DNA from: an uncultured Dehalococcoidales bacterium
GTDB taxonomy: Bacteria > Chloroflexota > Dehalococcoidia > Dehalococcoidales > UBA2162
Reading direction: 5' to 3'
Length of the DNA stretch: 59,750 bases
Assembly: GCA_964396535.1 (NCBI GenBank)
Contig: CAYNFT010000001.1
Span: 1-59,750, forward strand
The position numbers and the translations under genes were made by a program. Shown in pieces: positions 22,162 to 31,994 of this stretch. Below the pieces are notes generated by a model. That model was not told the origin of the DNA. It did not search any database and was given only the letters and a program-made list of their open reading frames with translations. How positions within the stretch are numbered: the stretch's first letter is position 1; each line of letters begins with the position of its first letter.

Positions 22162-23739
22162 ATGGCTTCGCAGGTCTTTTATCGCAAATGGCGTCCCCAA
22201 ACATTGGCTGAGGTAGTCGGCCAGGAACCAGTAACGCAGACGCTACGCAACGCTCTCACTAGCGGTCGTATATCTCACGCCTATCTTTTTTGTGGTCCCC
22301 GGGGAACAGGTAAGACCAGCACCGCACGCATTTTGGCTAAAGCGGTGAACTGTCTGAACAATGGCAACGGTGAACCGTGCAATACCTGCTCCATGTGCCA
22401 GGCAGTAACCGAACTCAGGGCTTTAGATGTTATAGAAATTGACGCCGCCAGTAACACAGGTGTTGATGATATTCGGAGTCTGCGTGAGAAGGTCAATTAT
22501 GCTCCCAACCAGGCGCGTTACAAGGTCTATATCATAGACGAAGTCCATATGCTTAGTAGCAGTGCCTCTAATGCCCTGCTCAAAACCCTGGAGGAACCAC
22601 CTTCACACGTTATCTTTATCCTGGCTACCACTGAAGCCCATAAAATCCTGCCCACCATCATGTCGCGATGCCAGCGCTTCGATTTCCGGCGTCTCTCTCA
22701 GGCGGATGTAATTTCAAAACTAGACCGTATTTGTCAGAGAGAAGGCATTCACACAGAGCCAGCAGCGCTACAGCTTATTGCCAAGAGCGCTACAGGTAGC
22801 CTGCGGGATGCCGAAAACCTGCTGGAACAGCTAACCACTTACTATGGCTCTGAGATTGGTCTCCAGCAGGTTCAGGTTGTCCTGGGTATCACGGGCGACT
22901 GGCGAGCCAAAGAGCTGGTTAAGCACATTATAAATAATGACATTTCTGCTGGGGTGGCAACGATAAACAGCGTTAATAGTGACGGACTGGATTTAAGGCA
23001 GTTTAATCGGGAACTGGTGGAATACCTCAGAGGACTGCTTCTAATAAAGACCGGCTCCGATGATGCTGTAGACATGGTTGCCGAGGACATAGTCGAGCTA
23101 AAGGAGTTAGCAGCTAAGGCTCCCCTCGAGCAGATATTGAGGGCGGTCAGGCTCTTCGGTCAACTTGAGCTTGGTTTTAATAACTACGCCACCTTACCCC
23201 TGGAGCTGGCACTGGTCGACTGCTCCCTCACATCCGAGGGAGAAAAGGGAAGCCCTGAAAAGCAAATCGAGTACGAATCACCTCAGCCCCAAAAAGTGGC
23301 TACCCCACCTCCCGCACCATCCTACTCTGAAAAACCAAAAGCCGAGCCCGCTCCGGCCAGTGTTCCAGCGCCAGAACCAGTAATGGCTGCTGCTACCACC
23401 CCGCCAATAGAATCCGGTAGCGAGGTTGAGCAGTTAAGACTAAACTGGAAGCAGGTTATTGAACGAGCTCCGCAGGATACCAAAAGAACGCCGGCTATCG
23501 CCATTCTTAGAAGTGCCGGCGTTAAACCGATTTCATTTGAAAATGATACTGTAGTCCTGGCCTTCAGGTATCAAAATCACAAGGAATTGATTGAAAAGGT
23601 AGAAAATCATCAGGTAGCTGAAAAAATCCTTAGCAACTTCTTGGGGCATCCCTGTCATGTGAACTGTATTCTGGAAGACAACCACCTGCTGAGGGAAGCA
23701 TTAAAGATAGGTAAACGAATTGACGTGGAGGAAAAATGA
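22162..23739 (+). CDS. dnaX: DNA polymerase III subunit gamma/tau
   Basis: 525 aa. GPRGTGKTS Walker A, Zn module CxxCxxC, SRCQRF, Pro-rich linker. Confidence 0.95.
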   Translation: MASQVFYRKWRPQTLAEVVGQEPVTQTLRNALTSGRISHAYLFCGPRGTGKTSTARILAKAVNCLNNGNGEPCNTCSMCQAVTELRALDVIEIDAASNTGVDDIRSLREKVNYAPNQARYKVYIIDEVHMLSSSASNALLKTLEEPPSHVIFILATTEAHKILPTIMSRCQRFDFRRLSQADVISKLDRICQREGIHTEPAALQLIAKSATGSLRDAENLLEQLTTYYGSEIGLQQVQVVLGITGDWRAKELVKHIINNDISAGVATINSVNSDGLDLRQFNRELVEYLRGLLLIKTGSDDAVDMVAEDIVELKELAAKAPLEQILRAVRLFGQLELGFNNYATLPLELALVDCSLTSEGEKGSPEKQIEYESPQPQKVATPPPAPSYSEKPKAEPAPASVPAPEPVMAAATTPPIESGSEVEQLRLNWKQVIERAPQDTKRTPAIAILRSAGVKPISFENDTVVLAFRYQNHKELIEKVENHQVAEKILSNFLGHPCHVNCILEDNHLLREALKIGKRIDVEEK

Positions 23740-24041
23740 GTTTTGACATGTTGAAGCAGGCTCAGGAACTTAAATCAAAGCTGGATAAGGCTCAAAAAGA
23801 GCTGAGCAAAACTATCATAGAAGCAGATTCGGGTAAAGGCGCCGTTAAGATTACCATTAATGGTCAGCAAAAAATACTCTCAATCAAAATATCGCCAGAG
23901 GTGATTGACCCCCAGAAGCCAGAAAATCTGGAAAAATTGGTTTTAAAGGCGATAAGTGATGCCACCGATAAATCCCAGAAACTCGCTGCCAAACAGCTAA
24001 AGGGGCTAACTGGCGGCCTCAAAATCCCGGGACTCACCTAA
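23736..24041 (+). CDS. ybaB: YbaB/EbfC nucleoid-associated protein
   Basis: 101 aa. MLKQAQELKSKLDKAQKEL...GKGAVKITINGQQKILSIKI. ATGA overlap with dnaX. Confidence 0.9.
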   Translation: MSFDMLKQAQELKSKLDKAQKELSKTIIEADSGKGAVKITINGQQKILSIKISPEVIDPQKPENLEKLVLKAISDATDKSQKLAAKQLKGLTGGLKIPGLT

Positions 24042-24158
24042 GTACCGGGGGGAGCCAGATAGAGGTTTCGCCTTTTCGACAGCCATGTTCCTCTCTCCAT
24101 CGAAGAATAGGCAGTTCAATCGGGAACCTCTGAAAAAGAAAGTTCCTCTAAAGAAAAC

Positions 24159-24232
24159 ACCTCCCTTTCCCCTTGAAGGGGATTAAATTAAAAGGCATAC
24201 AAGAGAAGCAAAGCCCCTATCTAAAAGGATTT
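24159..24232. repeat. two-hairpin repeat, degenerate copy (F)
   Basis: cctccctttcccctt/gaa/gggga ... agagaagcaaagcccctatct. Confidence 0.5.
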
Positions 24233-24249
24233 TTGTATGGGGGGCGTTT

Positions 24250-24325
24250 GAGAGGGGCGAAGCCCCTCTCAAGATTCCCTCCCCCTCTCCTTTTTAAGGA
24301 GAGGGGGATAAAGGGGGAGAGGTTA
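24250..24325. repeat. two-hairpin repeat copy (R)
   Basis: agaggggc/gaa/gcccctct, then ccccctctcctt/ttt/aaggagaggggg, then ataaagggggagaggtta. Confidence 0.85.
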
Positions 24326-24352
24326 GCAAAAATCCCATAAGGAGAGCCACTA

Positions 24353-24964
24353 TTGAATCAGGGTCTCCCACCTACTGCCGAGCCAATAAATAAGCTCATC
24401 CAGGAGCTTAATAAACTGCCAGGCATTGGACCGAAGAGCGCCCAGCGCCTCGCCTATTACTTACTCCGCGCCCCCGAAGAGCATGCCAGACTTTTATCTG
24501 ACGCCATACTATCGGTAAAACAGCAGATTACCCTGTGCTCCTCATGTTTCAATGTTACCGACGTTGACCCCTGCCGTATCTGCCGCAGTGCGGAGCGCGA
24601 CCGAAGCAAGATTTGCATTGTTGAGCAGCCACAGGATATCCTGGCTCTCGAACATACCAGGATTTATAAAGGACTCTACCACGTGCTCCACGGCGCCATT
24701 TCACCTACTGAAGGGGTAGGAACCGAGGATATAAGAATCAGGGAGCTTCTGGAGCGGCTCAGGGATAGCCCGGTAGAGGAGGTAATCCTGGCTACCAATA
24801 CTAATCTTGAAGGGGAACAAACCGCTCTGTATTTGAACCACCTGATTGCACCCTTGGGCATAAAGGTTACCCGCCTCGCCAGAGGACTGCCCTTCGGCAC
24901 CGAACTGGAATACGCCGACGACGTTACCCTCACCAGAGCCCTTGAAGGTAGACAAGAACTTTAG
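24353..24964 (+). CDS. recR: recombination protein RecR
   Basis: 203 aa, TTG start after aaggagag. [13 protein letters not shown] helix-hairpin-helix, CxxC...CxxC zinc finger, Toprim. Confidence 0.95.
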   Translation: MNQGLPPTAEPINKLIQELNKLPGIGPKSAQRLAYYLLRAPEEHARLLSDAILSVKQQITLCSSCFNVTDVDPCRICRSAERDRSKICIVEQPQDILALEHTRIYKGLYHVLHGAISPTEGVGTEDIRIRELLERLRDSPVEEVILATNTNLEGEQTALYLNHLIAPLGIKVTRLARGLPFGTELEYADDVTLTRALEGRQEL

Positions 24965-24990
24965 ACCGCACCCATATATCAGGGCAAGCT

Positions 24991-25082
24991 TGAAGGGGCG
25001 TAGCCCCTTCAAAAATCATAATTCCCCTTCCCCTTATCAAGGGGAAGGGGATAGGGTTCGTAAAAATTAACAGGGGTGAGGA
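24991..25082. repeat. two-hairpin repeat copy (R, with SD-bearing tail)
   Basis: gaaggggc/gta/gccccttc, then ccccttcccctt/atc/aaggggaagggg, then atagggttcgtaaaaattaacaggggtgagg 8 nt before ATG 25090. Confidence 0.85.
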
Positions 25083-25089
25083 TAAAAAA

Positions 25090-25878
25090 ATGGAAATAAT
25101 CGACCTGAGCGATGAACATGAAAAGCTGTATTTCGTCTGCCTTGAAGACTGGTCTGATGAGATGAAAGAGGCGGGAGACCACAAAGAGGTCTGGTACAAC
25201 AAGATGAAAGACAAAGGGCTCCGAGTGAAACTTGCGCTGGACGACAATGGACAGGTTGGAGGAATGATACAATACACTCCCGTAGAGCACTCATTCGTTG
25301 AGGGAAAAGACTTATACCTGGTAAATTGCATCTGGGTTCACGGCTATAAACAGGGAAGAGGGAACTTTCAGAAACGAGGCATGGGAAAGGCTTTACTCCA
25401 GGCTGCAGAGGATGATGCTAAAGCCTTAGGTGCTAATGGTATAGCGGCATGGGGAATTCCCTTTCCGTTCTGGATGAAGGCATCGTGGTTCAGGAAGCAG
25501 GGATACAAAAAAGTAGACCAACAAGGATTTCTAGGGCAGGTTCTTCTCTGGAAACCTTTCACCAACGATGCAAAACCCCCTAAATGGATTAATCAAAAGA
25601 AAAAGCCTGAGCTCATTCCTGGCAAGGTAACGGTGACCGGCTTCCTGAACGGATGGTGTCCGGCTCAGAGCCTGGCTTTTGAGAGAGCCAGGAGAGCTGC
25701 CGCAAAGTTCGGTAGTGACGTCATATTCCAGCAAATTGACACCTTTGATAGAGACACCTTCCTGGAGTGGGGCATATCAGACGCTCTGTTTATAGATGGT
25801 AAGCCGGTGCGAACGGGCCCCCCTCCCTCCTATGAAAAGATAAGGAATATAATCGCCAAGAAAGCGAAAAAGCTATAG
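25090..25878 (+). CDS. GNAT-type N-acetyltransferase with C-terminal thioredoxin-like extension
   Basis: 262 aa. QGRGNFQKRGMGKALL acetyl-CoA loop. The C-terminal ~100 aa (VTVTGFLNGWCPAQ...) resemble a thioredoxin-like fold, tentatively. Confidence 0.65.
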   Translation: MEIIDLSDEHEKLYFVCLEDWSDEMKEAGDHKEVWYNKMKDKGLRVKLALDDNGQVGGMIQYTPVEHSFVEGKDLYLVNCIWVHGYKQGRGNFQKRGMGKALLQAAEDDAKALGANGIAAWGIPFPFWMKASWFRKQGYKKVDQQGFLGQVLLWKPFTNDAKPPKWINQKKKPELIPGKVTVTGFLNGWCPAQSLAFERARRAAAKFGSDVIFQQIDTFDRDTFLEWGISDALFIDGKPVRTGPPPSYEKIRNIIAKKAKKL

Positions 25879-25940
25879 CCTGCCTTGTTATTTGCCAGAT
25901 TAAGCAGCTAAGATATCCAGGCCACGAAATTATAAGATGA

Positions 25941-25965
25941 ATTCCCCTTCCCCTTGTCAAGGAGG
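25941..25965. repeat. fragment of hairpin A of the repeat family
   Basis: attccccttccccttgtcaaggagg. Its 3' arm has mutated into the SD aaggaggt for ATG 25976. Confidence 0.5.
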
Positions 25966-25975
25966 TCAAAACGGG

Positions 25976-26770
25976 ATGACAAGAAAAAACGAGTGGGAGG
26001 AATTCTTCGACGGACACGCTCCGGTGTATATGGATAACCCCTTTACCAGAAACACCGTACAGGAAGTCGATTTTATTGTCGAGGAGCTAAGACTTCCACC
26101 GGGTAGCCGCATTCTGGATATGGGCTGCGGAACCGGTCGCCATGCTGTCGAGCTTACCCGGCGTGGATATCAGGTCACAGGTGTCGATATTTCCTCCAAG
26201 ATGCTAGCTAAAGCGAAGAGGGCAGCCAGAAAAGCCAATGTTGAGGTTGCATGGATACACGCTGATGCAACGAAGTTCACCTCGGCCATTTTGTTTGATG
26301 CCGCTGTGTGTTTATGTGAGGGAGCCTTTGGTCTACTGGGTGCAGATGATGACCCCTTTGAACACGATTCGAGTATTCTTCGTAATATCAATGCTGCCCT
26401 CAAGCTAGGGGCACGGTTTGTTTTGACAACACTCAATGGTTGTCGCATGATGCGCAAGTATACCCAGGAGGATGTAGAGAATGACCGATTCGACCCTGTC
26501 ATGATGGTTGAAACCGAAGCTATGGAGTATGATACACCTGAAGCCAGAAAGACCGTGTCGCTCAGGGAGCGCGGATATGTGCCATCCGAGCTAATCATGC
26601 TATCCCGACTGGCAGGGTTCGAGGTAGAACATGTCTGGGGTGGAACCGCTGGCAACTGGGGACGACGTCAGATTGAACTTGATGAAATGGAAGTAATGAT
26701 TATCGCCAGGAAGACAACCAATATCACTTCTCAGCAGTCTAAATCCCGCCCTCCACATCGGGAATCTTGA
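25976..26770 (+). CDS. class I SAM-dependent methyltransferase
   Basis: LDMGCGTGRHAVEL motif I. ATG 25976 is preferred (SD aaggaggt 9 nt upstream); the track ORF starts inside a repeat at 25937. Confidence 0.85.
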   Translation: MTRKNEWEEFFDGHAPVYMDNPFTRNTVQEVDFIVEELRLPPGSRILDMGCGTGRHAVELTRRGYQVTGVDISSKMLAKAKRAARKANVEVAWIHADATKFTSAILFDAAVCLCEGAFGLLGADDDPFEHDSSILRNINAALKLGARFVLTTLNGCRMMRKYTQEDVENDRFDPVMMVETEAMEYDTPEARKTVSLRERGYVPSELIMLSRLAGFEVEHVWGGTAGNWGRRQIELDEMEVMIIARKTTNITSQQSKSRPPHRES

Positions 26771-26857
26771 GTACGGAGAGACATCATAGCCAAAAGTAAA
26801 CCACGGTTTTCCAGGCCTGTTGCCTTCTTCTGGCTGCTGCGTCTCAATCGCACCGCT

Positions 26858-27649
26858 ATGGTGGCGATGATTACTGGCTCGGTAGCCTTCGCCGCTGGCG
26901 CCGGGGCGGCAAACTCACTATGGATGACTCTAGCGGGGTGGTTCCTGGCTGTGGGCGGTTTCTCCCTGGACTTCTACGCCGACCGTGACCTGGATGTCGT
27001 GGGTCCCCGGGCGGCGATACGCCACAATCCATTTACCGATGGCTCTCTCTCCCCGCGGACAGGGCTGGCTTTCTCCTGTACTTTCATCATTGCAAGCTTT
27101 GCCATAACAATACTGATTGCTCTCTGGGCACTGATTCCCTGGGGTATCACTCTGGCTACCATTATTGGCCTGGCTCTACACATCTTCGAGCATCCTCTAG
27201 CACGTGCTCTTACCCTGGGGCTGCTGCAGGCTCTGTATGCGCTCATGGGAGCTTCCGCCGGCTACCTGAGTCCGGGGCTGGGTCTTATAGCTGGTACGTT
27301 CTTTTTCGCCATGTTCGGCGGGCGGGGGATGATAGACATCCGTGATTTCTCGCAGGATGAGGTTACTCGTGTGCAGACTCTACCGAAGCGCTACGGAGTA
27401 AAGCGTACCGCACAGTTCACTGCTATCTGCCTGCTCATCTCCTACGCCCTGAGCCTGGCTGCGTATTTCACCGGTGAGTTCAGCACTATCTATTTATACC
27501 TTGATATAGCTTTTATTGCCGTGGGCCTGGTCTGCGCCTGGCTCTTCGCCACCCGCCCCAGCCCTAGGCTTGCCTACCACCTGACCCTCGTCTTTATGAT
27601 GGGTATGGGGTCTGTTATCTGCCTTGCGATAATTCTAGGAAGCTTGTAA
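26858..27649 (+). CDS. UbiA-family prenyltransferase (start uncertain, see findings)
   Basis: Multi-TM protein with the Asp-rich LDFYADRDLD motif. The open frame extends 29 codons upstream (RRDIIAKSKPRFSRPVAFFWLLRLNRTA) with no ATG/GTG/TTG. Confidence 0.75.
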   Translation: MVAMITGSVAFAAGAGAANSLWMTLAGWFLAVGGFSLDFYADRDLDVVGPRAAIRHNPFTDGSLSPRTGLAFSCTFIIASFAITILIALWALIPWGITLATIIGLALHIFEHPLARALTLGLLQALYALMGASAGYLSPGLGLIAGTFFFAMFGGRGMIDIRDFSQDEVTRVQTLPKRYGVKRTAQFTAICLLISYALSLAAYFTGEFSTIYLYLDIAFIAVGLVCAWLFATRPSPRLAYHLTLVFMMGMGSVICLAIILGSL

Positions 27650-27664
27650 ACTCGGGGGGGAAAC

Positions 27665-28465
27665 ATGGCAAGTAGATTTGGTGGTTATGAAGACCAGGAG
27701 TTTGTTGCCGATTTCTATGACCCGGCATATGACCATATTCGTAATACAGATATCGGCTTCTTCATAGACTATTCCAAGGGAGCGAACGGTCGAACACTGG
27801 AATTGGGCTGTGGTACCGGCCGGGTTCTCATACCTACGGCTATAGCAGGCTGTGATATAACCGGCTTGGACCTCTCGCCTTACATGCTGAGGAAATGCCA
27901 GGAAAAACTGGACAAGCAATCAAAGGAAGTTCAAAAACGGGTGAAGCTGGTTCAGAGAAATATGACCGGATTCGATACTGGCGAAACATATTCACTGATT
28001 ACGGTACCATTCAGGGCTTTTCAACACCTTATTTCCGTTGAAGAACAAAGGTCTTGCTTGGAATGTGTCCACCATCAACTTGCTTCAGACGGACTTTTTA
28101 TTCTGGATGTCTTCCATCCATATCCCCCCAGATTGGTTCCCAACCCAGAGTATGCGGATGAAATAGAAGACCTGCCTGAAACGCAGTTACCCGATGGCAG
28201 AAAATTACGTCGTACCAGTAGGGTTGCAGACTTCCACCGGGACCGGCAGTGCAATGATATAGAAATGATATACTACGTTACTCAGCCTGACGGTAGGACA
28301 GAAAGGCTGGTGCAGTCGTTTCCAATGCGGTATTTTTTTAGATATGAGGTGGAAAACCTGCTGAATCTCTGCGAATTCAGGGTTGTTGAGTTATTCGGGG
28401 ATTTCGACAGGTCAGCATTTTCTAACGATTCTCCAGAGATGATATTTGTCGCCGAGAAGAAGTAA
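27665..28465 (+). CDS. class I SAM-dependent methyltransferase
   Basis: 266 aa. LELGCGTGRVLIP motif I, ITVPFRAFQHL. Confidence 0.85.
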   Translation: MASRFGGYEDQEFVADFYDPAYDHIRNTDIGFFIDYSKGANGRTLELGCGTGRVLIPTAIAGCDITGLDLSPYMLRKCQEKLDKQSKEVQKRVKLVQRNMTGFDTGETYSLITVPFRAFQHLISVEEQRSCLECVHHQLASDGLFILDVFHPYPPRLVPNPEYADEIEDLPETQLPDGRKLRRTSRVADFHRDRQCNDIEMIYYVTQPDGRTERLVQSFPMRYFFRYEVENLLNLCEFRVVELFGDFDRSAFSNDSPEMIFVAEKK

Positions 28466-28470
28466 TTAGA

Positions 28471-29238
28471 ATGTCCAAGCCAAGAAATTATCAGACAGAA
28501 GCCATCATTATCAAGAAGACCAGACTGGGGGAGGCGGATAGCATCCTCACCTTCTATACCCCGCACCTGGGCAAAATCCAGGGCTTCGCCAAGAGCCTCA
28601 GAAAACCCAAAAGCAAGCTCGCCGGACATCTGGAGCTTCTCACCCACAGCCTTGTGTCGCTGGCTCGCGGTCGGAACCTTGATACCATAACCGGCAGCCA
28701 GACAATAAGCAGCTTCCTCTCGCTAAAAAGTGACCTGGAGCTTACCTCTTATGCTCTTTATGTCACCGAGCTGGTCAACCAGTTTACCGCTGACCATATT
28801 GAAAATTATCCTTTGTTTCAATTAGTTCTGGAGACACTGGGGCACCTATGTCAGGCTGGTGATAATGAACTGGTTTTACGCTATTTCGAACTTCACCTCC
28901 TCAACGAGGTTGGCTACCGCCCTCAGCTTCAGCAGTGTGTCTCCTGCCGGGCAGCGCTGGAACCTGCTCCCAACTCATTCTGCTCCTCTGCTGGTGGTAT
29001 GCTTTGTCCTGATTGCAGCCGGAGCCAGCTCTTGACCTATTCCCTCTCGGTTAATGCTCAAAAAGTGCTGCGATTATTGCAGAGTAGCGACTATAGCACT
29101 GTCAGCCGTCTAAAGATAAACCAGCCGTTATCACGTGAGTTAGAAGGGGTGATGAGAGATTACCTTAAATACCTTCTCGAACGAGAGGTAAAGTCAGCCG
29201 CCTGGCTGGATACTTTAAAGGGTGAGGCTGGTAGATAG
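28471..29238 (+). CDS. recO: DNA repair protein RecO
   Basis: 255 aa. N-terminal OB (EAIIIKKTRLGEADSILTFYT), C-terminal CxxC...CxxC. Confidence 0.9.
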   Translation: MSKPRNYQTEAIIIKKTRLGEADSILTFYTPHLGKIQGFAKSLRKPKSKLAGHLELLTHSLVSLARGRNLDTITGSQTISSFLSLKSDLELTSYALYVTELVNQFTADHIENYPLFQLVLETLGHLCQAGDNELVLRYFELHLLNEVGYRPQLQQCVSCRAALEPAPNSFCSSAGGMLCPDCSRSQLLTYSLSVNAQKVLRLLQSSDYSTVSRLKINQPLSRELEGVMRDYLKYLLEREVKSAAWLDTLKGEAGR

Positions 29239-29444
29239 TCTTAACAGGGGGAAACTTCACATATCGCAAAACTCTCGTATTTTTGCACTACAGTGCGTCT
29301 GGCAATAGCTGTAGAGGGCAAGCTGGGCTTGTTTCTCAAATGGTAAAGAGAAGTTCTATAGTTTGGTGCAGGGCGGTGCCGTCTTGACTACCCAGCCCAA
29401 GTAGCCTACCATAAGGTATCCATATCAACCGAGGAGGAGCAGCG

Positions 29445-29669
29445 ATGAGAAATACTGCTTTGATGAATGGTCTACTTATTGGTTTCGGAGTGGGATTCAT
29501 TGCAGCCAGTCTGGCACTTTACCGCGTGGTCAGTGATTACATGCCCCAATATGCCACGGCATGGTATTTTCACGGGATAGCTATAGTTGGGGGAGTTGGT
29601 CTGGCTATAGGGATTGTGTTCGAAGTTTGGGAGAGAATCAAGAATAAAAAACAGCGCGAAGCGGAGTAA
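29445..29669 (+). CDS. small two-helix membrane protein
   Basis: 74 aa, SD gaggagg, two hydrophobic segments. Confidence 0.55.
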   Translation: MRNTALMNGLLIGFGVGFIAASLALYRVVSDYMPQYATAWYFHGIAIVGGVGLAIGIVFEVWERIKNKKQREAE

Positions 29670-29680
29670 GCAGGATAGAC

Positions 29681-31165
29681 ATGACATCCAGACTAGAACG
29701 AATAGCTCAACAGCGACTGGAGAAGCTTGAGCGGATTCGTGCCCGCGGCATTGCCCCCTACCCCAACCGCTATCCGAGAACTCATACCGCACAGCAGGCA
29801 ATCGAACAGCTGCAAAAAATAGAGGCAAAGGAAACAACTGAAAATACCGTCAGTATTGCTGGGCGGATTATGGCTAACCGCTCTATGGGCAAGAGCACTT
29901 TCATGGACATCCGCGATGGCTCAGGGAAGATTCAGCTATTATTCCAGAATATAGACCAACTTGGTGAGGACAAGCTCCGACTCTTGAAGGACCTGGATAT
30001 CGGCGATATTATCGGAGTCGAGGGCAATCTATTGCGGACAAAAACTGGCGAACCGACTGTTAGGGCTACAAATTTTACCCTGCTGGCTAAATCGCTCCGA
30101 CCTTTGCCAGAAAAGTGGCACGGGCTTAGCGATGTAGATACAAGGTATCGGCAGCGCTACCTTGACCTCATCAGTAACCCTGAGACCAAAGAGACCTTTC
30201 AGGTGCGCAGTCAGGTTATTTCCGCTATACGGCAATTCCTCAATCAACGCGGATTCTTAGAGGTGGAAACGCCGGTGTTGCAGCCCTCAGCCGGTGGTGC
30301 TTTGGCCCGTCCCTTTATCACTCACCACCACGCCCTTGACCAGGATTTCTACCTCCGCATTGCCACCGAGCTCCACCTCAAACGACTGATTACAGGTGGC
30401 TTTGACAGGGTTTACGAGATAGGCCGTATCTTCCGTAACGAAGGCATAGATACCAAACACAACCCTGAGTTTACTCTGCTGGAAAGTTATGAAGCCTACG
30501 CCGACTACAACGATGTCATGAAAATGGTAGAGGAGATGGTATCAGAAGTCAGTCAACAGGTTCTGGGTACTAACGAGGTCCAGTTTGCTGAGCACCTCAT
30601 AAACTTAAAACCGCCCTGGCGACGAATCAGTTTGCGAGACGCGGTTGCAGAATATAGTGGTATTGACTTCGTTAAATACCCTACTGCCAGTGGATTGCGA
30701 GAAAAGATGCGCTCGATGAATATTGAGGTCGACCCGGAGAAAAACTGGGCGAAGCTGGTTGACGAGCTTCTCTCTACCTCCGTTGTGCCCAGGCTAATCC
30801 AGCCTACTTTTATCTTTGACTACCCTGTTTCCATGTCACCGCTAGCCAAGAATAAGCAGGGAGAAGAACGGGTGGCAGAGCGTTTTCAAGCCTTTGCCGG
30901 CGGCGGTATAGAGCTTGCCAACGCCTACACCGAACTTAATGACCCTGCCGAGCAGAGGGAACGCTTCACCGAGCAACTGAAAGAACGCCAGGCAGAAGAC
31001 GAGGAGAGATGGACTATCGATGAAGACTTCCTGCTGGCGCTGGAGTATGGCATGCCGCCTACCGGCGGGCTGGGTGTCGGCATCGACCGCCTGGTCATGC
31101 TGCTCACCAACCAGCAATCAATCCGCGAGGTAATCCTCTTCCCCCAACTAAGGGAAAAGCCTTAA
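29681..31165 (+). CDS. lysS: lysine--tRNA ligase (class II)
   Basis: 494 aa. OB anticodon-binding domain, FRNEG motif 2, GGLGVGIDRL motif 3. Confidence 0.96.
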   Translation: MTSRLERIAQQRLEKLERIRARGIAPYPNRYPRTHTAQQAIEQLQKIEAKETTENTVSIAGRIMANRSMGKSTFMDIRDGSGKIQLLFQNIDQLGEDKLRLLKDLDIGDIIGVEGNLLRTKTGEPTVRATNFTLLAKSLRPLPEKWHGLSDVDTRYRQRYLDLISNPETKETFQVRSQVISAIRQFLNQRGFLEVETPVLQPSAGGALARPFITHHHALDQDFYLRIATELHLKRLITGGFDRVYEIGRIFRNEGIDTKHNPEFTLLESYEAYADYNDVMKMVEEMVSEVSQQVLGTNEVQFAEHLINLKPPWRRISLRDAVAEYSGIDFVKYPTASGLREKMRSMNIEVDPEKNWAKLVDELLSTSVVPRLIQPTFIFDYPVSMSPLAKNKQGEERVAERFQAFAGGGIELANAYTELNDPAEQRERFTEQLKERQAEDEERWTIDEDFLLALEYGMPPTGGLGVGIDRLVMLLTNQQSIREVILFPQLREKP

Positions 31166-31176
31166 GGAGGAAGCGA

Positions 31177-31938
31177 ATGACTCCTGATAAACCTAAAGAG
31201 TTGTACTTTAGTGACGTAGTCAGAAAAGGGACGATAGTCCGAAGCCTAGAGAACTTTGACTGCCAAGTGAAAAAATACTACCTAGCATTAGATAATCAAA
31301 ACATTCAAGTTTTTGATCAATTAATACAACTCTATTCCGAACTCATGCTTGCCACAGTAGAAGATTTACCCGGTTTTGTATCTAAGTTTGACAAAGGAAG
31401 TCAAGTACAGTACGTACTTAGTACATCAGCAAGTGGTGCTTTTAGGAGTCTCAGGGTAGCTCACAAACTGCTTTTAGATGGCTACTTTGTTGAGATGCAC
31501 GCTGCTTTAAGAATGGTTGAACAGTGGATAGAATGTGCTGTCATCGTAGAAGGTAATCCACAAGCGGCTTCAAGAATTTTGGAAAAAGGTATCTCAAATG
31601 ATGACCTGCGAAAAGCGTTGAATTACTCTAAGGAATTAAAGCATCTCTACAAAGGTATGCAAAAAACTTTCAAAGAGCTCTCACAAAGAGCTCATCCTAC
31701 AAAGATTGCCTTTGGCCTAATTAGAAAAAAAGAGGCAAAGGGACAAGTTTTTATCAGTGGTGTGGTGTCTGAAGAAATATTTCACAAAGATGCACTCGCA
31801 TTAGATAACATGGTTAAAAATGCTATAAATATTTATTCACGGCATTTCCGAAAAGTTCCGTCGAGTTGGCAAGATAAGTTTAGAGACGCAAATAATGCTT
31901 TGTCGATAGATACAGCTACATTTGATAAGACAGAATGA
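31177..31938 (+). CDS. hypothetical all-alpha protein, paralogue of 51734-52399 (HEPN/Abi-like, tentative)
   Basis: 253 aa, visibly AT-richer than lysS. SD aaggagg 11 nt after the lysS stop. The LLLDGYFVEMHAALRMVEQWIECAVIVEGNPQ block aligns with LTLDGLAQEAGALLRPLIECIELLRYFYDNPQ of the other copy. Confidence 0.6.
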   Translation: MTPDKPKELYFSDVVRKGTIVRSLENFDCQVKKYYLALDNQNIQVFDQLIQLYSELMLATVEDLPGFVSKFDKGSQVQYVLSTSASGAFRSLRVAHKLLLDGYFVEMHAALRMVEQWIECAVIVEGNPQAASRILEKGISNDDLRKALNYSKELKHLYKGMQKTFKELSQRAHPTKIAFGLIRKKEAKGQVFISGVVSEEIFHKDALALDNMVKNAINIYSRHFRKVPSSWQDKFRDANNALSIDTATFDKTE

Positions 31939-31994
31939 AAATCCGTATACATCGCTACATACTTTATACCTAAAATAAACGTTAAAGGGAGCTG

